From positions 1 to 59,735 of the IMG/VR virus record IMGVR_UViG_3300028388_003770: a stretch of DNA of 59,735 nt, one strand, 5' to 3'. The notes beneath the pieces were generated by a model. That model saw only the letters and a program-made list of their open reading frames with translations. It ran no database searches and was not told the DNA's origin. This document shows, one piece after another, positions 36,048 through 45,743 of this stretch (the first letter of the stretch is position 1; each line of letters begins with the position of its first letter). A program made the position numbers and the translations under genes. This DNA is from a virus. Lineage: Duplodnaviria > Caudoviricetes.

Positions 36048-36992
36048 TCATCGACTTCGTCGGTGGCGCCCCCCAGCGGGCCTCTTGTAGTCCAGCGCCT
36101 GGCGCGCGAGATCCAGCTCATCACCCTCCAAGCCGAGCTTGCGCAGCTGCACGCCCAGCTGCTGCTCGTCATCGTAGGCCTGGTAGTCGCGATCATAGGC
36201 GGCGTCACGGCGGGCGCGCTCGGCCGCGATCGGGACCAGCCCGAGCCCGGCCTGCCCCAGGGCCAGCCGGTAGCGCAGCAGGTCACCGAACCCGCCGCCC
36301 CCGGTGGGGGTGTGGCGCAAGCCACCGAGCAGCCTCTCCACCCCCCTCTGGAGGTCTTTGTCGTCGGCGCGCTGCGGCGCCCGGGGGCGCGGGCGGGCCT
36401 GCGCCTGCGCCTGCGCCTGCGCCTGCGGTTGGCTGCGGCCTGCGTCGACACCGAACTGCTGAGCCACCGCCTCGCGGGCCGCCTCGCGCAGGGCCATCCC
36501 GTTGCGCAGGGAGGCCGGGATCGACGTGTCGCTCGCCTGGGGGAACATGGACTTCAGCCTGCCGAGGTCTACGCCGTAGGGAAACTGCTGCGCGGGGGCC
36601 GTAGCCCGGCCGGGGGCCTTGAGCTGGGCCGGCTCGGCCGGGGCCGGGTTCGGTCGGGTGGTCGCCGGGGTGGCGCCCTCCGGCGCGGGGGCCGGGGTGC
36701 GGCCACGGCCGCTGCGGTTGTAGGGATTGGCGTGCGCGGGCGAGCCGAACAGCCCGTAGGCGAAGCGCCCGATCGGGGCGCCGACCGTCTCGGCGGCACT
36801 GGAGGCGGCGCTGCCTACCTGCTCGCCGACGTCCGCACCGAAGGCCACGCCCCCGGCGAGCGCCCGGCGCGTCTGTGCCCCGTAACGCTCTGCAGGAGTT
36901 CGAGCGCTGTCTACGTCCTGAGCAGCTTGCTCATAGACCATCCGAGTTCGTGGGAGCTGCAGGCCATATCCTTCTTCACGGGGCACGGTCAT
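36048..36992 (-). CDS. Putative internal virion protein
   Basis: AGGAGG RBS, position before polyvalent gene. Confidence 0.7.
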   Translation of the reverse strand: MTVPREEGYGLQLPRTRMVYEQAAQDVDSARTPAERYGAQTRRALAGGVAFGADVGEQVGSAASSAAETVGAPIGRFAYGLFGSPAHANPYNRSGRGRTPAPAPEGATPATTRPNPAPAEPAQLKAPGRATAPAQQFPYGVDLGRLKSMFPQASDTSIPASLRNGMALREAAREAVAQQFGVDAGRSQPQAQAQAQAQARPRPRAPQRADDKDLQRGVERLLGGLRHTPTGGGGFGDLLRYRLALGQAGLGLVPIAAERARRDAAYDRDYQAYDDEQQLGVQLRKLGLEGDELDLARQALDYKRPAGGRHRRSR

Positions 36993-37025
36993 TACCTCCT
37001 GGAGTTGCTCTGGAGACTAGCACGA

Positions 37026-38543
37026 TCAGCTATCCAGGGCGAGCGGGTCGTATTTGCCATCTTCGTCGTGGTAGCCGTCCAGCCATATGCGCTTGCCGTC
37101 GACATAGATGCCGTGGCCGGACTCGTCCGCCGGCGGCTCAGGGGTGCCGTCTGCCCAAGCCTTGAAATGGGTAATCGCCGGGTACGCCGACAGCCCATAC
37201 TGCTGCGCAAAAGTAATTGCGTCGCCCGCAGCGAACAGACCTACTTGTCGTCCTTCAGCTACAGAGGCTTGCGTATAGGAAGCGACCGTTGTGCCGTTTA
37301 CTGTGACCGTAACCTGATCACCCTTCACGACCATGCGCAGCACGTTCTCACCGAGCAGCGCCGGACTTCCCTCATGCGCTGGAAACCCATAGTAGTGTAC
37401 ATAAGTGCTGTGCTTGATGTGGAGCGGGGTAGGCGGGTTAAAGGTTTGCGTGCACCCTGCGTAGAGCCCTGCGCAGTCCGAATCATCGTAGTAGCAAGAG
37501 TTGGAGGTCGGATTCGCGTTGTAGTAGCGGTAGGCCCGACGGCACTGCACGTCTGTTTCACTTACCACGTAGTCCCCCCATACCCAGCTGGCGCAGTCGA
37601 GGTCGTCTACATCTCCAAAACCACGCTCGCTGTAAGGCGGTAGTGGAAATCTGAACCCGTTCATCTTTAGCCACGAAAGCGGCTCGTTAAGAACGAAGGT
37701 GCCTGCGACCTCTGTCTGGCCAAAAGTGGCCAGCTGGATGTTGTGGCCAACGTAGTCTGCTTCCGCAGCCTGCTCATCGTAGCCCGCACTGAGAGAGATG
37801 GCAGGGGCGCTCCACGTGTAAGCGCCGTCAACGGCATGATATGCACCCAACGAGTAGGTACGGCTCTGTGTAATCGTCCACTCGTAGCCCGTGGTGTCGC
37901 CGAAGTCTGCTTTGACAGTGATCCCAGTTTTCTCGCCTCTTCCGCTGTAACGTGCTGCTGGCCGAATCTGCGAAGCCACGCTGGTATAGCAAGTAGGGTA
38001 GTCCTCCAAAACGCTGCCGCTGCTGCCATAGCAATAAGCTTCAGAGTCACTTGGGATTGTGCCTGGAGGGCTTCCTTCCAGTTCTTGCTTGGCCAGAGTG
38101 AACCCGACTTCGATCGTGTGATCAGCGCTGGTCAGCAGAGCTTGGTACGCCGCAAGCGTCTTTTCGGTAAAAACATCATCACTCGGTACCAGCGCAGACA
38201 CCACGCGGCTGACACGATGGCTTTTGTAGTCGCCGTAGCGTTCGACGCCGGCGTCCGAGTGTAGGTAAACACTCCCGTTTATGTACAGGAGCGCTTCTTC
38301 ACGCTCCGCCGTGTGGCCTTTGAAAGAAACTGCCTGCCCCGAACGCAGTTGGAACGCCGCAGGGTCGCTCCAATACTTGCCCAAATTCGACGCGTCCGCT
38401 CTGTCGAAGCGGTCGACGATGAAGTCGGTTTCGGGCAGGTTGATGTAGTAGTCACAGCAGTTGGCCAGGATGTGCTTGACCATCCTCTCCAGCTTGCTGA
38501 CCCGCCGGGCTACATGCTTCAATCTGTCGAAGGTACTTGCCAT
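37026..38543 (-). CDS. Putative tail/receptor-binding protein (lower GC)
   Basis: Beta-rich Tyr/Gly composition, TGATG coupling. Confidence 0.65.
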   Translation of the reverse strand: MASTFDRLKHVARRVSKLERMVKHILANCCDYYINLPETDFIVDRFDRADASNLGKYWSDPAAFQLRSGQAVSFKGHTAEREEALLYINGSVYLHSDAGVERYGDYKSHRVSRVVSALVPSDDVFTEKTLAAYQALLTSADHTIEVGFTLAKQELEGSPPGTIPSDSEAYCYGSSGSVLEDYPTCYTSVASQIRPAARYSGRGEKTGITVKADFGDTTGYEWTITQSRTYSLGAYHAVDGAYTWSAPAISLSAGYDEQAAEADYVGHNIQLATFGQTEVAGTFVLNEPLSWLKMNGFRFPLPPYSERGFGDVDDLDCASWVWGDYVVSETDVQCRRAYRYYNANPTSNSCYYDDSDCAGLYAGCTQTFNPPTPLHIKHSTYVHYYGFPAHEGSPALLGENVLRMVVKGDQVTVTVNGTTVASYTQASVAEGRQVGLFAAGDAITFAQQYGLSAYPAITHFKAWADGTPEPPADESGHGIYVDGKRIWLDGYHDEDGKYDPLALDS

Positions 38544-40363
38544 CAGCCCGCCTCTACCAGCGCGGCCACGGCCGACAGCGCGTTCTCGGCACCGGCAATC
38601 ATGGTCTCATAGAGCTGCACCCCGGTCTTCGCTGCCGAGGCCTTCAGCTCGTGGAAGTTGTTGACCGCGCCCAAGGCGCCGTTCATCTGCGCGGTGTTGG
38701 TGCGGATCGCGTCCAGGTACTGGCGCGCCCGGCCGATGTCGCGCTGCAGCTTGGTCGAGACGTTGAACTGCTTGATCTGCTGCTGGCGCTCCCAGATCTG
38801 GATCAGCTCCTTGTTGTCCTCGGCGTCGAGGTTGGCCGAGGCCAGCGACTGGCGCATCTTCGCCTCCATCTTCTCCAGCAGGAGCTTGATGCGCTCGCGC
38901 TCCTCGAGCTTGAGTGCGAGCTCGGCCTTGAAGCGCGCCTCCTTGCGCTGAGACTCGGTCGCCGCGGCCTCCACCAGGTTGTTGTGCACGGAGGCCTGGG
39001 CGCCGTAGAGGTCCACCTTCAAGCGCTCGCCCGTGATCGCCTTGCCATAGGCGTCGAACTCGTCGGAGCGGGCCCGGACTTTGGTGGCGAACAGCTCGGC
39101 GCGGACCTTCGAGCCCTCGAGCCGCAGACGCTCGATCTCGGCGTCGAGCATGTCGTGCTGGTCACGCAGGCGCTGCACCTCGTAGCGATCCAGCACTGCC
39201 TGGCGCAGGGCCTGGTAGAACCGCAGACGCCCCTCGTTGCGCCCTTCCTCGGCTTCGATACGCTGCAGCTCTCCGCGGAACTGCTCCAGCTGCGCCACGA
39301 CCGACAGCCGCTGCTCCTCGTGCAGCTGCCGGTAGAGCTGGCGCACCTCTACGCGCAGGCTGACCAGCTGCACGTTGGCGTTGTGGAACTTGATCGCGAA
39401 GTCCGCCGAGGCCTCGGCCGAACGCAGGGCCCGCTCGTACTTGGCGCCGACGTAGCGCAGCATCGCGTCCTCCAGGGTGATGCCCTGGCTGACCGCGAAC
39501 TGGCGCGCCTGCAAGTAGAGGTCGGAGCGCTTGAGCGAGATCTCGCGGCTGACGTCGGCGAGCGCGGCGTCGCCCTCCTTGTGGATCTCGCGCTCGGCGG
39601 CATACAGCGCCCCCGGCGGCAGCGGCAGGTTCTGCGAAGCGATCCCGCGGTGAGCCTTCTGCAGCGCCACGTGGTTGAGCTTGGCCTGGCGGTCGCGGGC
39701 CCGGTCCCACAGAGCCTGCTCGTCTTCCGGGTGGATCCCGTAGCCGCCGTTGTCCAGGTCGCCCTGCAGCAGGGCGCTGATCGAGCTCTTGAGGTCCGAG
39801 CTGTAGTCGGTCTCCACGAAGGAGAAGGTGTTGTCGGGCGCGCTCACCAGCTCGCCGATGTCCGGCACACTGAGGTCGGTCTCGCTGATCGTGACCGTCG
39901 GCACCTCCGGCAGCGTCGACTCGCTGCGCCCCGGCTGGCTGGGGAAGGCGTAGCTCTCCCAGTCGTCCAGGGAAATGTCGCGCACCGTCGGGTCTTCCGG
40001 TGCCGTCGGCACTGGGGTGGTGGGCTGAACCGGAATGTCGAGCGGCAGCGGCTCGGCGGTGAACTCCGGAAAGTTGTCGTCGGCCCAGACCGCGGGCTGG
40101 CTGGCGCTCGGGTCGTCCGGCGCCGCGTGCTCCTCGAGCTCCAAGCTCTCGCGCCGCAGCGGGCCCAGGTACGTCAGCTCCTCGGCCTCCGGGACGTTGA
40201 ACCCCGCGCTGAGGTCGAACCAGGGCGCGAGCAGCCAGTTGCCGCTCAGTCCGAGCGAGTCGTCCGCGGCAATCTCGGAGAGCTGGTTGATGAACGCCTG
40301 CGCGTCCTGAGCGGCAGCGTCGGCACGGGTGTTCGCGTTAGAGATGATCGTGGAGACTGCCAT
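38543..40363 (-). CDS. Virion structural protein, coiled-coil
   Basis: 606 aa, strong codon bias, tail module position. Confidence 0.8.
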   Translation of the reverse strand: MAVSTIISNANTRADAAAQDAQAFINQLSEIAADDSLGLSGNWLLAPWFDLSAGFNVPEAEELTYLGPLRRESLELEEHAAPDDPSASQPAVWADDNFPEFTAEPLPLDIPVQPTTPVPTAPEDPTVRDISLDDWESYAFPSQPGRSESTLPEVPTVTISETDLSVPDIGELVSAPDNTFSFVETDYSSDLKSSISALLQGDLDNGGYGIHPEDEQALWDRARDRQAKLNHVALQKAHRGIASQNLPLPPGALYAAEREIHKEGDAALADVSREISLKRSDLYLQARQFAVSQGITLEDAMLRYVGAKYERALRSAEASADFAIKFHNANVQLVSLRVEVRQLYRQLHEEQRLSVVAQLEQFRGELQRIEAEEGRNEGRLRFYQALRQAVLDRYEVQRLRDQHDMLDAEIERLRLEGSKVRAELFATKVRARSDEFDAYGKAITGERLKVDLYGAQASVHNNLVEAAATESQRKEARFKAELALKLEERERIKLLLEKMEAKMRQSLASANLDAEDNKELIQIWERQQQIKQFNVSTKLQRDIGRARQYLDAIRTNTAQMNGALGAVNNFHELKASAAKTGVQLYETMIAGAENALSAVAALVEAG

Positions 40364-40364
40364 A

Positions 40365-41516
40365 TCAGGACCGCCTGTTCACGCCGTGAGGCTTGAAGGT
40401 GAGTGCGTTGATGTCGAAGTCCGCGCCCTGCACGTTGGTCAGAGAGAACTGCCAATGCAGTGACTCCAGCTGGCGCCCGGTCGGCACCGGCACGGGGTGC
40501 AGCCCCGCTTGGGAGGGGCTCACCTGATAGCTGTGGACGTCGTCCTCGCCGTCGATAGTCACGTGCAGCTGCAGGTCACCACCGGCGCGCAGGTCCACCA
40601 CCACCGTCCCCAGGCGCGTCACCTGCTCCGCGTCCAGGTCGGTGACGCCGAACGTCAGCGTGGCGCCAATGGCGCTGCCGTCATCGTCGTCCCCCTCCAG
40701 CAGGAAGATGCCCTCGTCGGACATGCCGTAGTAGGCCCCGTTGAGCTCGACCAGCGAGTGGAAGTCGTAGTTGGTGTAGTTGGAGACGCCGCCGCCCTCG
40801 GTGTTGAGCAGCCACGCGGTGAACGCCTCCACCAGGTCGTTCAGCAGGCTGCCACGCGAGCCCAGGGCCGGGAGCTTGGCGGCGCCCGACAGGAGGTGGC
40901 CCGGGGCCAGCACGCCCGCGCCGAGCAGCGCCGGCAACACCACGGCGCCGGAGGCGACCCGCCCAGTCCGGGCCCACCCAGACACGGCCAGCGCCGGCAG
41001 CGCGGCCGATCCGCTCAGGTAGGTCCCGCGGTGCAGGGGGCCCTCGCCGAGCAGCGCCGGGAGCTTGACCGCTCCCGACAAGACATACTCGCCGGCGCCC
41101 CAGCCCGTGCCAAGCAACGCCGGGAGCTTGACCGCCCCGGAGAGCACGCGCCCGTTGTGGAGTTGGCCGGCGCCCGAGAGCCCGGGGAGGGTGACCTGGT
41201 TGTTGGGGATGATCCAGCCGGAGCCGGCCAGCGCCGGCAGCGTGGCCGAGCCACTCAGGACGTGCCCACTGTGGAGCGTGCCGGACCCGGTGAGCGGGCG
41301 CAGCACGGCCGAGCCGCTCAGGACGTACCCGCTGTGGAGCGCGCCGGACCCGGTGAGCGGGCGCAGCACGGCCCTGCCGGTGCCCATCGCCCCGGTGGTG
41401 AGCGTGCCGGACCCGGTGAGCGCGCCGAGCGCCACGGCGCCCGCCATGGCCGTCGTCTCCAGGGAGCCCGATCCGGCCAGTCCAGGAAACTCGACGTGTC
41501 CGGATAGCGTCCCCAT
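40365..41516 (-). CDS. Tail structural protein with ~16-aa Gly-rich repeats
   Basis: LSGSAxLPALxGxGxL repeats, conserved-looking C-terminus (NYTNYDFHS). Confidence 0.8.
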   Translation of the reverse strand: MGTLSGHVEFPGLAGSGSLETTAMAGAVALGALTGSGTLTTGAMGTGRAVLRPLTGSGALHSGYVLSGSAVLRPLTGSGTLHSGHVLSGSATLPALAGSGWIIPNNQVTLPGLSGAGQLHNGRVLSGAVKLPALLGTGWGAGEYVLSGAVKLPALLGEGPLHRGTYLSGSAALPALAVSGWARTGRVASGAVVLPALLGAGVLAPGHLLSGAAKLPALGSRGSLLNDLVEAFTAWLLNTEGGGVSNYTNYDFHSLVELNGAYYGMSDEGIFLLEGDDDDGSAIGATLTFGVTDLDAEQVTRLGTVVVDLRAGGDLQLHVTIDGEDDVHSYQVSPSQAGLHPVPVPTGRQLESLHWQFSLTNVQGADFDINALTFKPHGVNRRS

Positions 41517-41575
41517 ACGCGACTGCCTCTATCGTGTGGGCGCCGGCATCCCTGCCGGCGAAGTCACCTCGATGC

Positions 41576-42430
41576 TCAGGCCGCCGGCTGCTCGACGGAG
41601 TAGCTGCCCAGCGTCTGGACTGCGCTCTCAGCGATCGCCGTGTTGTTGATGTCCATCTGCGACCCCGAGGTGGCGACCGCGCCATCGAAGCGCGCAGCCG
41701 TAGTGCTGGCCGCGGTCGGGTCGTCGCCCTCCTCGTAGCAGCGGAACCAGCCGACGGTCCCGCTGGCCACGGCCGTGCCCTGCGCCGTGTCGGCCAGCGC
41801 GGAGACCCCGTCGGCCGAGTCGACCCAGGACAGCCCATCCCCGCCGCCGTCCTTCGACAGCGTGCACAGCAGCGTGCTGGTGCCGGAGCTGTCGTCGGCG
41901 CCGGCCGGCTGGCTGCCGGTGAACAGGGCGAACTTGCACCCGGCCATGACTTCCTTGAAGCCGTCGAGCAGCTCGTCGAGCACCACCGTGTCGAACAGCG
42001 AGGTCTCGCCAACCGTCGCGTCGGTGGACTGCAGGGTGACCCGGGTCGTGGTGTCGGTGGCGATGAACAGGATCGTGTGCTGCGTCCAGTCCACGTCGGC
42101 CAGCGCGCCGGAGTCGGCGATCGCGTCGGGGTCGCCGGTGGTGCCGACAAGCACCCGGCCCTCGGCCGCGGTCCCCGCCTTGAAGTAGTAGGTCAGCTTG
42201 TAGACGCGCCCGACGCGGGTCGTGATGTCCTGGTAGGCCTGGCCCGGATTGACCCCGCCAGCCTCGGCGACCTGCAGAGCGTTGCCCGCCTGCCCGCCTG
42301 CCACGCTCGAGAGCGTCGCGTCGGAAGCCGTCCAGCCCGTGGTGTCCGAGTCGAAGGTGCCGTTGGAGAGGAGGCCGGCGGCCGTCCCCATGAGCTTGTT
42401 ACGGAGTCCAGTGGAAGCTCGCAGCGTCAT
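41576..42430 (-). CDS. Structural protein with inserted carbohydrate-binding-like module
   Basis: NGTFDSDTTGW...YQDITT..GRVYKL CBM-like segment inside a short phage structural fold. Confidence 0.7.
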   Translation of the reverse strand: MTLRASTGLRNKLMGTAAGLLSNGTFDSDTTGWTASDATLSSVAGGQAGNALQVAEAGGVNPGQAYQDITTRVGRVYKLTYYFKAGTAAEGRVLVGTTGDPDAIADSGALADVDWTQHTILFIATDTTTRVTLQSTDATVGETSLFDTVVLDELLDGFKEVMAGCKFALFTGSQPAGADDSSGTSTLLCTLSKDGGGDGLSWVDSADGVSALADTAQGTAVASGTVGWFRCYEEGDDPTAASTTAARFDGAVATSGSQMDINNTAIAESAVQTLGSYSVEQPAA

Positions 42431-42467
42431 GATGTAGTCCTCGTGTTGTCGTGATCGCTGACGTCCG

Positions 42468-43676
42468 TCAGCTCCGTAGCACCGTCAAGAGGTGGTTCTG
42501 GCCGTTCGCTCGCCGGAGTATAGCGGTGCCGGCGTGCCCTGTCAGCGACCCTATACGGCGCTGTGTGAGGTTCACGGCCTGGCCGTCGGGGTATCCGGCA
42601 CAGATACCGCGCGGGCTCGCCCACAGCAGCACCGGGGTGTCCGTGCCCTCGCCGAGCACCCGGCCGTCGGTCTTGGTGAGCGTCCCCGGGATCATCCCGT
42701 AGTCCATCACCTTCTTGGAAGACATCTGCTGAGGGTCCGTGCCTTGCAAGAAGTACACCGCCTCAGCCGTCCCCACGTACAGCCCGGCGAACCGGCCCGT
42801 GTCTACCCCGCCGAGCCCTGCGACCTCGCTCGGGAAGGCGAAGAAGTTGCCATGCAGGTTGGTCAGCTCGCTGTAGGGGTGGGTGTACACCACCAGCCCC
42901 GTGCCGTCCTGGCCGCCGAGGCTGCTCCACAGCCGGGCCGCGAACTCCTCCAGGAACCCGCCCAGCGGCAGGTTGTCCAGGTTGTCCGCCTCGCCCGGCA
43001 CGCCGAGGTCCGTGGCATCGCCTGCGTAGCTGATGTAGCTGCTCTCTCCCGTGGCTACCTCGTCCGCCAGGTAGGGCACCTCGCCGTCCGGCGTGCTGAG
43101 GTACAGGCGCACCGCCTCCACCCCGGCGGCGACCAGCTCCAGCGGCGTGTGCGGGATCCGGACCGACACCCCGCCGGCGAGCTGCGCGGCGCTGTAGGAC
43201 ATAGGGCCCTCGGCCCCGCGGGCATCCACGTAGGCCAGGCCCACCATGTAGCCGCCGGCCGGCAGGGCCCCGACCTCCGTGGACTCGAGCACCAGCGAGC
43301 CCGGCTTGAGCACGCCGACCTGGCGGTTCGCGCCCCGGTCGATGACGCCGGAGTCGGCACCGGTGGTCCAGTACAGGCGATCGTCGTAGGCGCGCACCGC
43401 GCGCAGCGCCCGGCTGGTCACGGTGAGCGTGGCCACTGAGGTGGCTGTGCCATCGGTGTTCAGCTGCTTGAGCGTGGCGCCCTCGACAAACAGGCAGGTG
43501 CGCCCGTCGCTCCACCCCGCCGCGGGAGACCCAGCGTAGAACAGCGAACGCCCAACACGGCGGCTGGGCTTGTTCTTCTTGCTGATGTCGATGTTCTCGG
43601 CCGCGACCAGGCCGTCGAGGCCGACCTCCATCGGGTCGTCCTGGAGGTTCAGCCCGGGGAAGTTGGTGATGCGCAT
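42468..43676 (-). CDS. Tail tubular/stabilisation protein B-like
   Basis: FPGLN..AENIDI N-terminus, position after adaptor. Confidence 0.65.
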   Translation of the reverse strand: MRITNFPGLNLQDDPMEVGLDGLVAAENIDISKKNKPSRRVGRSLFYAGSPAAGWSDGRTCLFVEGATLKQLNTDGTATSVATLTVTSRALRAVRAYDDRLYWTTGADSGVIDRGANRQVGVLKPGSLVLESTEVGALPAGGYMVGLAYVDARGAEGPMSYSAAQLAGGVSVRIPHTPLELVAAGVEAVRLYLSTPDGEVPYLADEVATGESSYISYAGDATDLGVPGEADNLDNLPLGGFLEEFAARLWSSLGGQDGTGLVVYTHPYSELTNLHGNFFAFPSEVAGLGGVDTGRFAGLYVGTAEAVYFLQGTDPQQMSSKKVMDYGMIPGTLTKTDGRVLGEGTDTPVLLWASPRGICAGYPDGQAVNLTQRRIGSLTGHAGTAILRRANGQNHLLTVLRS

Positions 43677-43678
43677 GG

Positions 43679-44341
43679 TCAGATCCGACGCGGGATGCGC
43701 ACCCGGCGCTCCTGCGGCAGCTCACGCCACGCGTTGATCTCGCGGGCCGAGCGGGCCGGGCCGAAGCGGCGCGTGAAGCGGCTGATGTAGCGGTCGGCGA
43801 GGCGCGTGCGCCGCTCCGGGCGTGAGTCCGAGGCGTCCGTGGTGAGGATCGCCTCGTAGGCCATCCACGCCGTGAGGTCGTCGTGAAGGTGAGACGGCAC
43901 GGCCGGCTCGTGGTTGGGCTCAGTCATCGGCGTGAGCGGGTACCAGACGCCGCTCAGCGTGATGGTGATAGCCGCCTTCGGCAGCGGCGCCAGGTACAGC
44001 ACCTGCCCTCGCTGCCCGAACGTGGTGGGGGTGTCCTGCGTGGTGTAGCGTTCCTGCCACGCTTCCAGCTGCTCGGCTGTGCCCTTGGCGATCGGCTTGC
44101 CGTCGACGTAGACGCGCTGCACTACGATCGACTCGGGCCGCACGCCGGCAGACGGGATCTCGTACTCGCCGTCCCCTACTGACAGCGCCAGGTCGTACTT
44201 GGCCCGCAGGCACAGCGCCCGCTCAGCTGCTTCGCGCTCCGCGCGGTTGGCGAAGATGACGAAATCAGAGTCACCGAGGCTCGGGGCCACCCGTGCATCC
44301 ACGAGCCCCCGGGTCCGGTGAATGAGCTCGCTGAGCTCCAT
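43679..44341 (-). CDS. Head-tail adaptor / tail tubular protein A-like
   Basis: 220 aa, position after capsid, LYLAPLP and P.VP..LH motifs. Confidence 0.7.
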   Translation of the reverse strand: MELSELIHRTRGLVDARVAPSLGDSDFVIFANRAEREAAERALCLRAKYDLALSVGDGEYEIPSAGVRPESIVVQRVYVDGKPIAKGTAEQLEAWQERYTTQDTPTTFGQRGQVLYLAPLPKAAITITLSGVWYPLTPMTEPNHEPAVPSHLHDDLTAWMAYEAILTTDASDSRPERRTRLADRYISRFTRRFGPARSAREINAWRELPQERRVRIPRRI

Positions 44342-44344
44342 GCC

Positions 44345-44653
44345 TTACTCGGCCTGCTTGGGCGCGGCCTTCTTGGCCGACGTCTTCTTGGCGGGCTGAG
44401 CGGGCTGGGTATCCTGAGCGTCCTCGAACTCGCCTTCGGTCACGGGCTCGCCGGCAGCCTTCTTCTCCAGCGCGGCGATCAGCGCGCCGGTGCGCAGCTG
44501 CTCGTCGGGCTTCATGCGATCAAAATCGAACACGACCCCGTTCGGGCCGGCAATGAACTGGCGGCGGTTCTTGCCGCGGCCGATGACGGCCGCCTTGCTG
44601 ACCGTCTCGACACCGAGCTTGCGGAGGTCTTCGAGCGTGTACTGGCGCTTCAT
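44345..44653 (-). CDS. Hypothetical protein
   Basis: AGGAG RBS. Confidence 0.75.
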   Translation of the reverse strand: MKRQYTLEDLRKLGVETVSKAAVIGRGKNRRQFIAGPNGVVFDFDRMKPDEQLRTGALIAALEKKAAGEPVTEGEFEDAQDTQPAQPAKKTSAKKAAPKQAE

Positions 44654-44671
44654 GAGGGGTGCTCCTGTTGA

Positions 44672-44700
44672 TGAAAGGCCCCGGGGCCGGAGCCCCGGGG
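44672..44700 (-). terminator. Rho-independent terminator-like hairpin after capsid gene
   Basis: CCCCGGGGC-TCCG-GCCCCGGGG-CCTTTCAT. Confidence 0.55.
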
Positions 44701-44716
44701 ATCTCACTCACCGGCC

Positions 44717-45703
44717 TTAGTCGGCGACGACCAGCAGCGCCAGCGACTCGGGCTTGACGCACTTGCGGCCGAACACGGTCAGGCCACGCACGAGGTCACC
44801 GAAGTCGTTCTGGTTCCGCAGCGTCTCGGTCTTGTTCACCTGGTTGGCGAACGTCAGCGCGGAGCTGTGGCCGGCCACCACGGCGTGGCGAGCCAGGGTG
44901 CCAGCGTCCGCGCCGCCGACCCAGTCCTCGTCCGCGTTGGCGGTCGGGAGCAGGTTGGAGACGTAGAGCTGGAACCGGTCGATCATCCCCAGCTTGCCGT
45001 TGCGCAGCGGGCTGGAAGCGTCACCGGTGTAGTAGGCCTGCGCCAGGCTGGACTGCATCAGCAGGTAGCGCTCCTTGGGAGTGATGACCAGGAAGCGGCC
45101 CTCCTCCGGGACGTTCTGCTCATCCAGCACCGAGGCCAGCGCCAGGATGTAGGACAGGATGTTGTCCTTGGTCAGCGCCTCGGGAGCCGCGTCGGTGCCC
45201 AGGTCGTAGGACCCGGAGATCACGCCCGCGGTGGCGCCCTTGTTGGCCGCCGCACCCTGGTCGAAGGTGCCCGCCCAGCAGTTGGTGTCGATCTGGACTT
45301 TGAGCTGCTGGCCGGCGTCGTCGCTGAACATATTCATCAGGTCGAAGTTGGCCTGATGGGCGAGGACGTCGTTCAGCTTGAACCCGAAGTATTTGCCCTG
45401 GTCGATCACCAGCTCGAGGGTGTCCGGAGCCGGCACCTCGTAGGTGAGGGTCATCCCCGCCTCGTAGTCCGCGATCGAGATGCTGGGCGGATTCTGGATG
45501 ATGACCTTGTCGCCCATGTTCGAGATCTCGCCCTCCCAGTTGGTGTTGGAGACGGCGGCGAACGTGGACGCGGCGAAGAACTTCGCGTTGAGCTTGCCCG
45601 ACCACAGGGCCGGGATGAACTCGCCGGAGTAGTAATCCGGTGCGATGTCGAAATCCGATCCGGCGTTGATCGGGTAAGTAGCGGCCGGAGTGATGGTGCT
45701 CAT
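44717..45703 (-). CDS. Major capsid protein
   Basis: FIPALWSGKL, NTNWEGEI..GDKV.I, LDEQNVPEEGR, FGDLVRGL.VFG. Confidence 0.9.
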   Translation of the reverse strand: MSTITPAATYPINAGSDFDIAPDYYSGEFIPALWSGKLNAKFFAASTFAAVSNTNWEGEISNMGDKVIIQNPPSISIADYEAGMTLTYEVPAPDTLELVIDQGKYFGFKLNDVLAHQANFDLMNMFSDDAGQQLKVQIDTNCWAGTFDQGAAANKGATAGVISGSYDLGTDAAPEALTKDNILSYILALASVLDEQNVPEEGRFLVITPKERYLLMQSSLAQAYYTGDASSPLRNGKLGMIDRFQLYVSNLLPTANADEDWVGGADAGTLARHAVVAGHSSALTFANQVNKTETLRNQNDFGDLVRGLTVFGRKCVKPESLALLVVAD

Positions 45704-45743
45704 GAGGGCCTCCTAGTTCTTAGCTGGAGCTGTCTGTGCTGCG

